Assembly: GCA_039815375.1 (NCBI GenBank)
Contig: JBCBZJ010000021.1
Location: forward strand, 1-52,578
Reading direction: 5' to 3'
From: Verrucomicrobiota bacterium
Lineage (GTDB): Bacteria; Verrucomicrobiota; Verrucomicrobiia; Opitutales; Coraliomargaritaceae
DNA: 52,578 nucleotides
Shown here: positions 30,700-39,733 of the stretch, one piece after another
How positions within the stretch are numbered: position 1 is the first letter of the stretch
Layout of the letters: the number at the start of each line of letters is the position of its first letter
Notes under the pieces: generated by a model
Database searches by the model: none
Told to the model about the DNA's origin: nothing
The model's input: only the letters and a program-made list of their open reading frames with translations
Made by a program: the position numbers and the translations under genes

Positions 30700-33192
30700 C
30701 TAATCCAAGACCTTTCCACTGATTGCTAGATCGACATCAGTCACTCGGGCATCAGAGACGATTCGAAGACCTCTCAAGCTAAGATCCTGATCTTCTGAAG
30801 GAACTAAAGATGCAGCTCTGCCCGAATCCACCGACGGAACAGGAGAATTCAGATTCTCGTTCGTCAAATTGTCAGTACGCTGGAGTCTAAAAGACATCGA
30901 TGTGCCGGTGTCAGCCCTGTCGCTGAAAACGTAAGTTTCGATAACGCTGTTTGCAGGTAATAGGTCGTTTTCACCGCCAATGTCCCCGAGGTTAAGAGCC
31001 CCCGAAGACGCATCCAAGCCTTCGAAAATCAAAGTATATTCATTCGATTGAGCTTGATTAAAAATAGTCTTAAGGGTGCCTTCAACAAGACCGTGCTTTC
31101 CGTTTCCACTTCGATCATGGACCTGGCGACCGTTCAGTGTTGGCTGAACGTAGAGGCACAATCCCACTCGCTGCAAAGAACTGAAGTTAGACCAGGAGGT
31201 GGGCGTCGTTCCAGTCGCAACAAAGGTGACATTGTCTGCATTGCTAGCCGCACCGACGTTTGTGAAATCATCGCCGGATTGAAAAGAATCAATTCGATAC
31301 TCAGCGCCGACAACTAAAGATCCACTTGTTAAAAGTGTGGATTCACCTCGGCCAAATTCATTTAAACTTGGGCCGCCATTAGCTAGTTGACTCCACTCAT
31401 CAGACGAAAGTGATTTATTGAATAGCCCATACTCAGAGACTTCAATGTCACCAACAAAGTTCGTCGATCCAGTTAATTGATTCTGGCCGAACATCACAGG
31501 TGCTGAAGCATCGAAAAGAGAACTCAAAGTCCCCGAATTATTTAAAACAGAACTCTCCGCTTCAGCGCCGTTCAGATAGATCTTCAATTCACCATTTGAA
31601 AAATCGATTCCGACAAGGACCCAATCACCAAAATCAACCGGAACGTCCGTCAAAATAGTTCTTCTATTGCTTGAATTATTAGTTGAGGAGCTGGCAAAAA
31701 AAGTGAGATCGCCCTCGGCATTGGTAGCTAAAGACCAACTGTTATTCAATGAAGACGACTGCCGCTGAGAAAAAATGCCCTTTGAAACAAGACCATTCGG
31801 AGCACGCACCCAGGCCCAGGCAGCCAAGCCACGGCCACCGTTAAAGGTATCTTCAGAGTGATGGATCGACGTGCTTGCAGCCTTGATCATGGCAACCTTT
31901 TTGGGATCCGGTCGGAAATTCAGCGAGGTAGATACCGCAGCAGCTGAGGCGAGAGTATATTCGAATTGCGAAACCTGGTAAATCAGATTGGCTGTCGCAT
32001 CTTCCAATGCTGCTTCTGGATGCACGCCGTCGCTGAGCGACAGCATATTTAACGTTGCCCAGCTTGAACCGAACGTCCCGAAGCAATCAAATAGGCTCCA
32101 GCTTTTGGCTGACGCCTTAGCGGTCATGGCCAAGACGGTTGGAGCAACGTCGTCATTTTCCTGCGCCCAAGGGGTCAATAAAAGCACCTCTGGATCGGCG
32201 GTTGAAGCCGTTAGCGCAGCGGAGAGCGCGTCGAGGCCCGTATCCTGTTGCGGCGATCGATCTGCATATTGCCACGTGAGCAGGTCCGGCGAGAAATTGT
32301 CTAGAAGCGTGCTCCATGTTGCAGATGAGGTCGCTGAGATGTTGGACGGTGTCGCGCTCGACTCGCCCATGTTCAGAACGACAATGGCATTACCCGTGGA
32401 ATCATAGGCCACAACAAAAGCTACTCTCACTGTGCCGCTTTGAGGCACCAATCTTATTGCATAGTTATCTTGCGTTGGGGCGACGGCCAGGTGCGTCAAG
32501 GTCGCGCTGGCACCATTGTCTGCATCAACAGTGCTGCCCTGCTTAATAAATCCTGAACTTGTCGAAGTGCTCGATAACTCGACATCAAAGGTCCCGGCTC
32601 CATTTTCAGCCACGTAGTAAACATCTATTACGTCGACATTATTAAAAAGTGAACCGCTCTGATCCCAAAAACGAACCGCGTCACTAGTCGATTGGTTTAA
32701 CGTGAAATAGTTCCCTTGGGGCGAAATGTCATAATCATTTTTAACCGTAAGAGTCGCAGATCCTTCAAGAGCATGATTCATGCGGCGCGTGCTTAGCGTC
32801 TCTGCAGAACCTGCATAGATAATCGGGACGTTATACTCAGCACTGAGACGATCCAGCACACCACCCATTGCCTGAAATGTGAGCGAGTCACCAATTGCGA
32901 AGACTTTTAGGACATTTGACGCTTCGCCTCGCCTCGCTTTTGCCAGTTTCATTTTTGTGATCGGGAAAGCATCGCGTGCAATCAAGTGGCGCGGCTCGAC
33001 ATCGGCAGCCCTTGCTAGCTCGGCGGGCGCGTCGTCTTCGCTGAACACGATCGTGCCGGTCGTGAAGTCATAAGTGCCGGTTGGTGTTAGATCGATCGAC
33101 TCAAGAATCGTGGTTAGCTCGGCCGCTTGGATGACCAGACCGAGTAAGGAGGCCTGCAGGCCCGCTGCAATGGTTTTGAACGGTATTTTCAT
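30700..33192 (-). CDS. SGNH/GDSL esterase + LamG (ConA-like) protein; candidate receptor-binding protein or de-O-acetylase
   Basis: AIGDSLT ... NMGESS ... SDGVHP (SGNH blocks I, II, V). LamG motifs WVR, DWVLVG, LKIYLNG, FNKSLS and DRSGNGKHG. Confidence 0.78.
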   Translation of the reverse strand: MKIPFKTIAAGLQASLLGLVIQAAELTTILESIDLTPTGTYDFTTGTIVFSEDDAPAELARAADVEPRHLIARDAFPITKMKLAKARRGEASNVLKVFAIGDSLTFQAMGGVLDRLSAEYNVPIIYAGSAETLSTRRMNHALEGSATLTVKNDYDISPQGNYFTLNQSTSDAVRFWDQSGSLFNNVDVIDVYYVAENGAGTFDVELSSTSTSSGFIKQGSTVDADNGASATLTHLAVAPTQDNYAIRLVPQSGTVRVAFVVAYDSTGNAIVVLNMGESSATPSNISATSSATWSTLLDNFSPDLLTWQYADRSPQQDTGLDALSAALTASTADPEVLLLTPWAQENDDVAPTVLAMTAKASAKSWSLFDCFGTFGSSWATLNMLSLSDGVHPEAALEDATANLIYQVSQFEYTLASAAAVSTSLNFRPDPKKVAMIKAASTSIHHSEDTFNGGRGLAAWAWVRAPNGLVSKGIFSQRQSSSLNNSWSLATNAEGDLTFFASSSTNNSSNRRTILTDVPVDFGDWVLVGIDFSNGELKIYLNGAEAESSVLNNSGTLSSLFDASAPVMFGQNQLTGSTNFVGDIEVSEYGLFNKSLSSDEWSQLANGGPSLNEFGRGESTLLTSGSLVVGAEYRIDSFQSGDDFTNVGAASNADNVTFVATGTTPTSWSNFSSLQRVGLCLYVQPTLNGRQVHDRSGNGKHGLVEGTLKTIFNQAQSNEYTLIFEGLDASSGALNLGDIGGENDLLPANSVIETYVFSDRADTGTSMSFRLQRTDNLTNENLNSPVPSVDSGRAASLVPSEDQDLSLRGLRIVSDARVTDVDLAISGKVLD

Positions 33193-33197
33193 GGTTT

Positions 33198-34112
33198 TTA
33201 AAGTGTATAGGTTACATCCTGTTCGAGGTGGGTAACTGTCATGCCTTCGTGGGTGACGGCATTCGGATTGATAGCGCCGTCTGCGTTTGGATCGATGTGG
33301 TTGGGCAGTGCGGCCGCGGAAGTGATCGCGCGCCCGAGCGCTTCGTAGCTATGCACGGTTCGCGTGGCGGCGATGCGGCGGCCGGTAGGCACTTGCATCA
33401 CGGTATCGGCCATGGTGAGAGTCACGCCGTCATCGAGAGTCATCGTCAGATCGTGCTGGCCATCAGGCACGGCTTGCGCGTGCAGCAGAAGGAAAAGTTC
33501 GGCATCTTCCTCGGTGGCAAAGTCGCGGCTCTGTTCCCAGCGGATAGCGTTGAGCCGGTTCTTCATGTCCACTGGCGTCGCATAGGAGGCTCTGAGGAGG
33601 CTCTGCAGGTCGGTGAGTTTCTGCCCGTTCACGTCGACTGTGGTGAAGCTATCTTGACCGCCTCCGCAGAGCTGCACGCCACCGAAGGAGATGCCGCCCG
33701 CGGTGGCCGCCCATGCGGGCAAGGCTGCGCCGGTGATTTGCTGGCCCGTCAGCCGGTAGCGGTGCACGGTCTTGAGCCCGCGATAGTCGACGAGCTGAGG
33801 CACGTCGAGCACGGCACCGTCGAGCTGCAGAGCAGATCCGCCCGTAGATGTGATGTAGGCGATCGCCTCGCCCGTCGGAATGCTGTCAACGTGGCGCGTG
33901 GCAAAGTGAAGAGCCTCAGCCTCGCTCGCAAAGCGTCGGGTATGCTGCCACTCAAGAGAGATGGTCTTGTTGCCACGATCGAACGCGCGTCCATAGTCGG
34001 CGCGCACGAAGCTCGCCCGCTGGATCTGCTTGGCTCCCGACACGCTCAGGCCGACGGGGGAACCTCGGTTGCCCCCGTCGGCTAAGACTGTGCCTTGGAA
34101 AACGATGCGCAT
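33198..34112 (-). CDS. Tail structural protein made of two tandem homologous domains (distal-tail-like)
   Basis: The two ~125-aa halves align, e.g. EWQHTRRFASEAEALHF / RWEQSRDFATEEDAELF and TVHRY..G..IT / TVHSY..G..IT. Confidence 0.55.
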   Translation of the reverse strand: MRIVFQGTVLADGGNRGSPVGLSVSGAKQIQRASFVRADYGRAFDRGNKTISLEWQHTRRFASEAEALHFATRHVDSIPTGEAIAYITSTGGSALQLDGAVLDVPQLVDYRGLKTVHRYRLTGQQITGAALPAWAATAGGISFGGVQLCGGGQDSFTTVDVNGQKLTDLQSLLRASYATPVDMKNRLNAIRWEQSRDFATEEDAELFLLLHAQAVPDGQHDLTMTLDDGVTLTMADTVMQVPTGRRIAATRTVHSYEALGRAITSAAALPNHIDPNADGAINPNAVTHEGMTVTHLEQDVTYTL

Positions 34113-34129
34113 GAGCGGGTGCTGAGTTG

Positions 34130-34396
34130 CTAGTTCTTAGTTCTCGGAATAAACGGAGCGGCCGTAATGATTAGAACCACACCAAAAATTACCGAATTCG
34201 CACCGCACAGTATTTCTATGACATCCCAGACAATACTCCATCTTGGAGCGTGATCAGCGATAGCAACTAGCGACAATGATCCCATCAGGATCAACCATGA
34301 GATGAGCATTACGACTATCCTAAACCAACTAGAAACAAACGTATGTGGCAATGTCTGGGCCGCGCCCTTGTTATCGGAATCTTTATTAGCATTCAT
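34130..34396 (-). CDS. Small two-TM membrane protein (moron-like)
   Basis: Two hydrophobic helices; visibly more AT-rich than the flanking tail genes. Confidence 0.6.
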   Translation of the reverse strand: MNANKDSDNKGAAQTLPHTFVSSWFRIVVMLISWLILMGSLSLVAIADHAPRWSIVWDVIEILCGANSVIFGVVLIITAAPFIPRTKN

Positions 34397-34463
34397 CGTT
34401 ATTTAAGTTTTGAAGGTTCATTTTGAATAAGGCCCAGCCATCGCCACTACTCATCGTTGAAAG

Positions 34464-35408
34464 TTAGGCAGCCGGAACGGTATCGAACACGTAGAGCGGA
34501 TTAAACGCGCCTGCGTTGACGGTGCGTTGCGCTTCGAAGTTAAGCTCGCCGAGACGGTTACTCTCCGCGCCGTAGACCCGCGCGTTCTGTGCGCCTGGCG
34601 TAGTGTCCTTCAACGTGAAGCGCAGATCGCCTTCATCCGGTCCTGCGATGACCCAGTCACCTGGCGTGCGGTTCGCGCCAAACTTTGTTCCAAAGTTGCC
34701 CGCAAGCGCAGTCGACTGCGCCTCGGTGATACCGATGGGAATGAACGACATCGCAGCGCCGTGCGTCTGCAGGAACATATCGGTCGTGCCGTTGTTATCC
34801 GGCTTCAACTCGCTGAATGAAGAGTTGAACGTCACACCGAAGCCTTCGAGCGCTTCGTAGCTCGTGCCGCCAAAGGTTCCGGCAAACGGAAGATAGATGT
34901 CTTTCGTTGGGTCCCATGTCGAGCCAGGCGTCTCGCCGCCCGTCTTCGTGGAGAAGGCGTAGTAGCTCGATTCGAGCGCGGCAACGAGATTGTTGCCCAC
35001 GATGCCCGTAAAGGTGACGTTGCTATCCCAAAGCGGACGTTGCGAGCTGAAGCGCAGGTTCGGCTCTGTCGTGACGGCCGCGTTAGCGATAGTCAGAATT
35101 TGATCGTCATCACTAATCAACGGAATGATAACGAGCGGGCTGTCTGCCGCTCCGAAGATGCTACTTCCGATTCCGGCCGATGCGTAAGGAACGAGGACCG
35201 CCGCTTCCGCTGAAGTGAAGGTGATAGGCTGCAATTCAACCGTCAGTCTTTTATCCGAAAGACCCTGCCCGTGGCGGCCATAGCCAGCCGACGTTTTATC
35301 AAACATCGGCGTGTCTAAGTTGATAGTGACATCACCACGCGAAAAGAAGATTTGGCCCTTGTATGTGCAGATGCACGGGCCACGTTTTACTAGAGTTCTA
35401 TCAATCAT
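34464..35408 (-). CDS. Putative major tail tube protein
   Basis: 314-aa beta-rich protein downstream of the tail-completion genes, N-terminal RGP motif. No sheath gene nearby. Confidence 0.65.
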   Translation of the reverse strand: MIDRTLVKRGPCICTYKGQIFFSRGDVTINLDTPMFDKTSAGYGRHGQGLSDKRLTVELQPITFTSAEAAVLVPYASAGIGSSIFGAADSPLVIIPLISDDDQILTIANAAVTTEPNLRFSSQRPLWDSNVTFTGIVGNNLVAALESSYYAFSTKTGGETPGSTWDPTKDIYLPFAGTFGGTSYEALEGFGVTFNSSFSELKPDNNGTTDMFLQTHGAAMSFIPIGITEAQSTALAGNFGTKFGANRTPGDWVIAGPDEGDLRFTLKDTTPGAQNARVYGAESNRLGELNFEAQRTVNAGAFNPLYVFDTVPAA

Positions 35409-35459
35409 AATTTAAAGAAGTTGGATGGTTCTGAGTTTGTGGTTCGTGGTTGTGAGCGC

Positions 35460-35723
35460 TTAGGATTTTGAAGGCTTCGGCTCGGGCTTCTCCTCCGGCT
35501 CAGCCTCCTTTTTAGGCGCGGGTGCTTTGGCTTTCTTTTCAGCGTCTTCAGCGGCCTTCTTGTTGATAGCCCCACAGTGGGCTCCGGTGATGGTGTAGGC
35601 TTCGTCACCGAGATGGCGAGCGACGCTCCGGTGCGAGTCCGGGTGGACGTAAGCAGGGACGATCTCCGCCCCGGCGAGTTGCTCAGCTGTGAGCGTATCT
35701 TTGAACGTTGTTTTTTTCTTCAT
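35460..35723 (-). CDS. Hypothetical phage protein with Lys/Pro/Glu-rich tail
   Basis: ATG after an A/C-rich leader; positioned just before the tail tube gene. Confidence 0.55.
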   Translation of the reverse strand: MKKKTTFKDTLTAEQLAGAEIVPAYVHPDSHRSVARHLGDEAYTITGAHCGAINKKAAEDAEKKAKAPAPKKEAEPEEKPEPKPSKS

Positions 35724-35767
35724 AGTTTTGGGACGGTTGGAAAAGTGGTTTGATTGAGTCTGCAGAT

Positions 35768-36172
35768 TTACGTAGATGGATTAAGGACACAGATAACTTG
35801 CGGGTGACGTCTTTTGCATGGTTGCTTGGTGTCCACATCAAGCCAGTGGACGTGCCCGCCCCATCGAAGTTCAGCGCCTGCTTGAAGAAGCAAACCAAGG
35901 TTCCAGGGAACTGGTAGGATGAATACACTTCGCTTACCTTTTGACTGCTCCTCGACTGCCTTCCTCACAAATGCACTTGGCCCACCATGCGGCGCATCAA
36001 CTTTTAGGAACGGAGGATTTACGTAGTTCGATTGGCCCCATTCTTCTTCCAGACTATTGTAGCCTTCAGGCCGCGGACATGGGCATGGGTCAAAGTCGAA
36101 GTGAAATTCAGAAGCCAGTCTCTCGTATAAGTCTGGAGGCGTTAACCAATACCTGGGCTTATCTGTACTCAT
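35768..36172 (-). CDS. Phage DNA N6-adenine methyltransferase (phage Dam family)
   Basis: WLTP...F.FDFDPC and YVNPPF catalytic motif. Confidence 0.85.
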   Translation of the reverse strand: MSTDKPRYWLTPPDLYERLASEFHFDFDPCPCPRPEGYNSLEEEWGQSNYVNPPFLKVDAPHGGPSAFVRKAVEEQSKGKRSVFILPVPWNLGLLLQAGAELRWGGHVHWLDVDTKQPCKRRHPQVICVLNPST

Positions 36173-36181
36173 CGGATTATT

Positions 36182-36958
36182 TTATTCAGGTTCAGAAAGC
36201 GTGATGGCTTTGAGGTTAGAAGGGAGCTTCTCCGGTTGGATCGCGATCGCGCGGATCTCGGTGCCAGTTTCTGCCTGAAAGGCCACTCCATGGCGGACGA
36301 CGCCATCTTCGTGCGAGACGATTTGCCCGAGATAAGTGACCGGTTGATTGTATTCGATTGACGTGCCCTGGTTAGACACAGGGAAAGATCCATCTTCGGT
36401 ATACCAGATAACTGCGCTCTGATCGCTGCAGGTGATGGTCACCTCGCCGCTTTCCTCATCGTAGTTGATCGCAGGCCTCGGGGTTTTTTGTAGTGCGGCT
36501 AGTCCGTCTTTCCAGACAAAGTTTACATCATAACCAATATGGCCCTCCGGTGCGTCGGTGGGCTCTATGGCATTTTGCGCCGCGTTGAGTGTGCGGCTCT
36601 GAGCAATGCTCCAATTGTGAACGAGGCCCAAGACCATCAGCGCGGTTGACTCGGCTGATACGCCGTGCCCACTCTCACTCATGTTCACGATAGGCAATTC
36701 AAAAACTTTGATCGTGATAGTGTTATCCAGGAGCAGCATCGCGCTCTCGCCATCCCGATCAATGCGGGGCATAGTAACGATTATCGCTAGGCCCACTTTA
36801 CTTGAGCCTTCGCGACTATTGAAGACACCGATTGCCTGCGCGACGTCCTCGTCGGTCACGCCCTTGCGCTCGACGAGGACGGGGACCTCGGCGAGGCGTG
36901 AATCGCAGAGGAGGAGCCCTTCAAGGTCGTCCTGCGCGCATATAAGAAAGTCAGACAT
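36182..36958 (-). CDS. Tail terminator/completion-like protein with C-terminal chitobiase/FN3-associated domain
   Basis: Follows gpG with an overlapping start. C-terminal TPRPAI...VTITC...IWYTEDGSFP...IRAIA. Confidence 0.6.
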   Translation of the reverse strand: MSDFLICAQDDLEGLLLCDSRLAEVPVLVERKGVTDEDVAQAIGVFNSREGSSKVGLAIIVTMPRIDRDGESAMLLLDNTITIKVFELPIVNMSESGHGVSAESTALMVLGLVHNWSIAQSRTLNAAQNAIEPTDAPEGHIGYDVNFVWKDGLAALQKTPRPAINYDEESGEVTITCSDQSAVIWYTEDGSFPVSNQGTSIEYNQPVTYLGQIVSHEDGVVRHGVAFQAETGTEIRAIAIQPEKLPSNLKAITLSEPE

Positions 36959-37550
36959 TTTGGATATCAATTGAGGTCGCCCGGTCGATGAATCGCTGAG
37001 CTCGGCGCAGTGCGTTCTTGTCGATTTCGGATTGTTTCGGCAGCGCATCCGGATCCTTCGGGATCTTTACCGACTTGGTCAGGAAATACATCAGCCGGTT
37101 AGAGCCATCGGAATTCTTGCGAGCAAGAAATCCACCGCCTTTCTTCTTACGAGGCAGGAAAAACATATCGGGAAAAACGTTGCTCCGGGGCATCACGCCG
37201 TAGGCCTCCGGTTGCATCGGCAACGCAAGGAACTTACTGCGGCGCGGTACAATCGTTGCGCCGAAGACGTGCGGGTTGATACGCGGGTCGGAAATCGCGA
37301 CGGTAGCCTGACTACTCGTAGCCGATTTGAGATTTGTGGCAGTGGAGATATCGCGCCAGAAGTTACGCTTCGGGTAGCCGCGCTTATTCGGCCGGCGATT
37401 CTTCTTTATGAAGTGGCCGCGCAAGTCTGTTTCAAGACCCTTTCCGAGCACTTGCATGAGCTCTGCACGCTTCGGTCCGTCGACGAGAGAGGCCGTCTCT
37501 CGCAGCTTCTGCTGCGTGGCTTCTGAATTGACTGTGATCTTGGTTTGCAT
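36951..37550 (-). CDS. Phage virion morphogenesis protein (Mu gpG-like)
   Basis: Basic protein with LMQVLG..LE....HF, HVFGATIVP...LALP and L.KSVKIP. ATG 37550 preferred. Confidence 0.75.
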   Translation of the reverse strand: MQTKITVNSEATQQKLRETASLVDGPKRAELMQVLGKGLETDLRGHFIKKNRRPNKRGYPKRNFWRDISTATNLKSATSSQATVAISDPRINPHVFGATIVPRRSKFLALPMQPEAYGVMPRSNVFPDMFFLPRKKKGGGFLARKNSDGSNRLMYFLTKSVKIPKDPDALPKQSEIDKNALRRAQRFIDRATSIDIQNV

Positions 37551-37614
37551 AACGTAGCGTTTAAGAGATGAGGCGATGCTGTGCGTTTGCCTAAGCTTGG
37601 CCTTTACTGGCAGT

Positions 37615-38853
37615 TTAGGACCTTTCGGCTCCTCTCTTTTTTTTGCGGATGGAAACAGGGTGCAGGACGGCTGCGTTTTCGCGGTTTGGCGCGAGCACCA
37701 TTTCAAGGATTCCTCCGCGCACACTGCGCTGAAAGAGGATGCCTTCCCCGCCTTCCTGGACGACGCGGTCGGGCACCATCCAGAGGCTATTCAAATTGGC
37801 GAACTCCTCACGACCTAGAGGTATCTGCCCGGCGAGCGTTTCGCCGCTTCCTTCGCGGATCAGGTTGCGCGGTCCGTGCCGGTCCATTGCGTGCCAAAGG
37901 TGCGAGGTATCGACCACAAGACTCTTGCCATCGATACCGGACTGCAGCTCGTTAACGGCCGCCTTATTCATCGCCGCGCCGGTCGCCGCGCCGAAACGGA
38001 AGCTGCCCTTCGCGTTTGGCCCCTTTGCGATGGCATCGTCGAGCAGGTCCATGAGCTTATCGCCAGCCCAGACCGCTTTGCCTTTCTTGAAAAAGATTTG
38101 GTCGCCGAAGGCCTGGTTAAGCATCGCACGGGCAGCGTCACTCGCGAGGTAGTCTTTCGCACCGGCGAGCAGCTCGGCGTTAAAAGCCTGACTCTTCGGC
38201 TCGATCGTTTCTTCCGGAGCGATCACACCAAGGCGCTCGGCCTCATCGCGCTCGATGTCGCGCGTGCCCATGCCGCTACCAAAATCGAACGGTGAGTAAG
38301 GACGGCTAAAGCGTGAGATAGCCGTCCAAATAGGATCGTTGATTTTAGCAATCATACGGCCGCCATAGAACTTGCCCTTGTTATCACTCCAACGCTTGCG
38401 CCACTTGCGGGGCACCTCGCGTGCGGCCTCGCGGTAGAGCTCGCGCGCTGGAAAGGCATCGAGCAGCGCAGTCGTTTGATGCATTTCATGACGGCCAAAC
38501 TCAGTGGCCTCGACAGTTTGCATGTCGTAGATCAGTTCGAGGCGGCGAGTGCTACCAAGATCGGTCAGCCTGCCGCTGTCTCCGGAAGCACCAAGCGTGC
38601 GGCGAATGTCGGCAACGAAGGCACTCTTACCCTCAAAGGCGACGTCTGGATCCAGCACCATATCACTGGCGATGCGGCGCTTCATTTCCTCGAGGACGCG
38701 AACGTTCTCCACTCCGGCCGAGAAGAATGCCCGATCACGAATCGCTGCCGGTACTGCATCCCATTGGCGCGTGCGCAGGTTGCTCCCGACGACCGTCTTG
38801 GCGTCCAAACGGTTGACCGCGATGTCAAAGGGAACTGCTGTAGAGAGGTTCAA
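37615..38853 (-). CDS. MuF (gpF/SPP1 gp7-like) head morphogenesis protein with C-terminal PBECR-like nuclease domain
   Basis: RAFFSAGV, RRLELIYD and W......P..PFDFGSG in the MuF core. C-terminal HAMDRHG...GQIPL...F......PDRV. Confidence 0.78.
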   Translation of the reverse strand: MNLSTAVPFDIAVNRLDAKTVVGSNLRTRQWDAVPAAIRDRAFFSAGVENVRVLEEMKRRIASDMVLDPDVAFEGKSAFVADIRRTLGASGDSGRLTDLGSTRRLELIYDMQTVEATEFGRHEMHQTTALLDAFPARELYREAAREVPRKWRKRWSDNKGKFYGGRMIAKINDPIWTAISRFSRPYSPFDFGSGMGTRDIERDEAERLGVIAPEETIEPKSQAFNAELLAGAKDYLASDAARAMLNQAFGDQIFFKKGKAVWAGDKLMDLLDDAIAKGPNAKGSFRFGAATGAAMNKAAVNELQSGIDGKSLVVDTSHLWHAMDRHGPRNLIREGSGETLAGQIPLGREEFANLNSLWMVPDRVVQEGGEGILFQRSVRGGILEMVLAPNRENAAVLHPVSIRKKKRGAERS

Positions 38854-38869
38854 AGTGAGAATCTAGTTG

Positions 38870-39733
38870 CTAGGCTGCTTCACGCAGCGTTGAGCTTTTC
38901 AGCGATCCAGTAGGCGATTTCCGGACAGATGGCGTCTCCGGCACCCCTAACCTCTTCAAGGTTGGACGCATCCAGTCCGGCGCAAAGCCCTGCCTCATCA
39001 ATCGCTCTCTGCCGGTCGTCCATCTGATTCCATCCGTTCGGCTCAGCAACGAGAAGCTCACAGCCAAGACTGATTCGGCTGGCGGCGTTGCTAGCCGTTT
39101 GAGTATGCCCAGCCCAAGCATCCGCTTGGGCCCATGGCTGGCAGCTCGATGCAAACGAGCAAGGTATTGCTTCCACTGGAGCGGCGTCAGATAAGAGCTC
39201 CAGGGGGGGCACTTCTCCAAGACCGCAGACCAAGAAAATCCTTTCACGTTTTTGGGGGACGCCGAAATATTGAGCATCAAGCACTCGCCAGAGTCCCATA
39301 TACCCGCAGTCGGCAAGGGCGCGGATGACCGCCTCAATGTCTGCGTGATCATTCGAAGCGAGCAGCGCCGGGACGTTTTCAAGAACCAACCAGCGGGGTT
39401 GTATTTCCCTGGCGAGACGTATGACTTCAAAGAAGAGACTGCTTTGGCTTCCTTTAAGTCCTTGGCGACCGCCACGTGCGCGTTGGCCCATGTTGGATAT
39501 ATTGGTGCAAGGGAATCCCGCTGCGATGCAATCCACTTCGCAAAGTTGCTCTGCTGAGACTTCGCGAACGTCTGTAAACTGTCGGGCATAGGGAAATCGG
39601 TCACCAAGCACAGCCCGTTTGATGTCGTCGATCTCGACTTGCCAAGATGTTTGCCATCCGGCTTTTTCGAAACCGATACTGAAGCCGCCGATTCCGGCAA
39701 AGAGTTCTCCGATTTTTGGTTTTTCTGATTCAT
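38870..39733 (-). CDS. Overlapping alternative-frame C5-MTase beta polypeptide carrying motif IX
   Basis: 287 stop-free codons overlapping the alpha gene, containing IRWTTGRERLMRQGFAPDW. The true start may be internal. Confidence 0.75.
   Translation of the reverse strand: MNQKNQKSENSLPESAASVSVSKKPDGKHLGKSRSTTSNGLCLVTDFPMPDSLQTFAKSQQSNFAKWIASQRDSLAPIYPTWANAHVAVAKDLKEAKAVSSLKSYVSPGKYNPAGWFLKTSRRCSLRMITQTLRRSSAPLPTAGIWDSGECLMLNISASPKNVKGFSWSAVLEKCPPWSSYLTPLQWKQYLARLHRAASHGPKRMLGLGILKRLATPPAESVLAVSFSLLSRTDGIRWTTGRERLMRQGFAPDWMRPTLKRLGVPETPSVRKSPTGSLKSSTLREAA

Noticed and set aside
24791..33192. Tail-fibre invertible segment (gin) or diversity-generating retroelement
   Set aside because: No invertase, reverse transcriptase, inverted gix-like sites or TR/VR repeat pair was seen.
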